Part shown: in pieces, positions 63,961-64,000 of the stretch
Layout of the letters: each line of letters starts with the position of its first letter
Position numbering within the stretch: position 1 is the first letter of the stretch
From: Nemertoderma westbladi
Taxonomy: Eukaryota; Animalia; Xenacoelomorpha
Assembly: GCA_032718475.1 (NCBI GenBank)
Contig: JAUCBJ010005383.1
Coordinates: 1-64,000, forward strand
Length of the DNA stretch: 64,000 nt
Direction: 5' to 3'
The notes under the pieces: model-generated
Seen by the model: the letters and a program-made list of their open reading frames with translations, nothing else
Told to the model about the DNA's origin: nothing
Databases searched by the model: none
Translations under genes and position numbers: made by a program

Positions 63961-64000
63961 ACCATCATTAGAAAATGAAAATTGTTTGCTGAGCCTGAGA

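Overview
Animal (probably invertebrate) nuclear DNA, not prokaryotic. About 38 of the 64 kb (~59%, summed from my array boundaries) is tandem repeat in 12 separate minisatellite arrays (units 15-64 bp), and almost all long ORFs in the supplied track are repeat artefacts. Three spliced genes can be rebuilt from GT-AG sites with consistent phases: a 2-exon DRAM/Frag1-family membrane protein (+, 29991-31354); the 3' part of a codanin-1 homolog (-, exons from 60237 down to ~31.7 kb); and a 5-exon CFAP97D-like cilia/flagella gene (+, 37123-56655) nested antisense in one 23-kb codanin-1 intron. Mobile DNA: a decayed CRE-type (RT plus restriction-like endonuclease) retrotransposon, RTE fragments, a tRNA-derived SINE, a MULE MITE (9-bp TSD), a hAT foldback (8-bp TSD), Helitron/Helentron-like pieces and a twice-present MITE. 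Highlights: a 159-bp cassette joining a Pol III tRNA-type promoter to a minimal hammerhead ribozyme inside inverted repeats; an array repeating a real splice donor ~32 times; and two satellites born from opposite ends of one MITE family. Protein identities come from my recall of family sequences, not from database searches.
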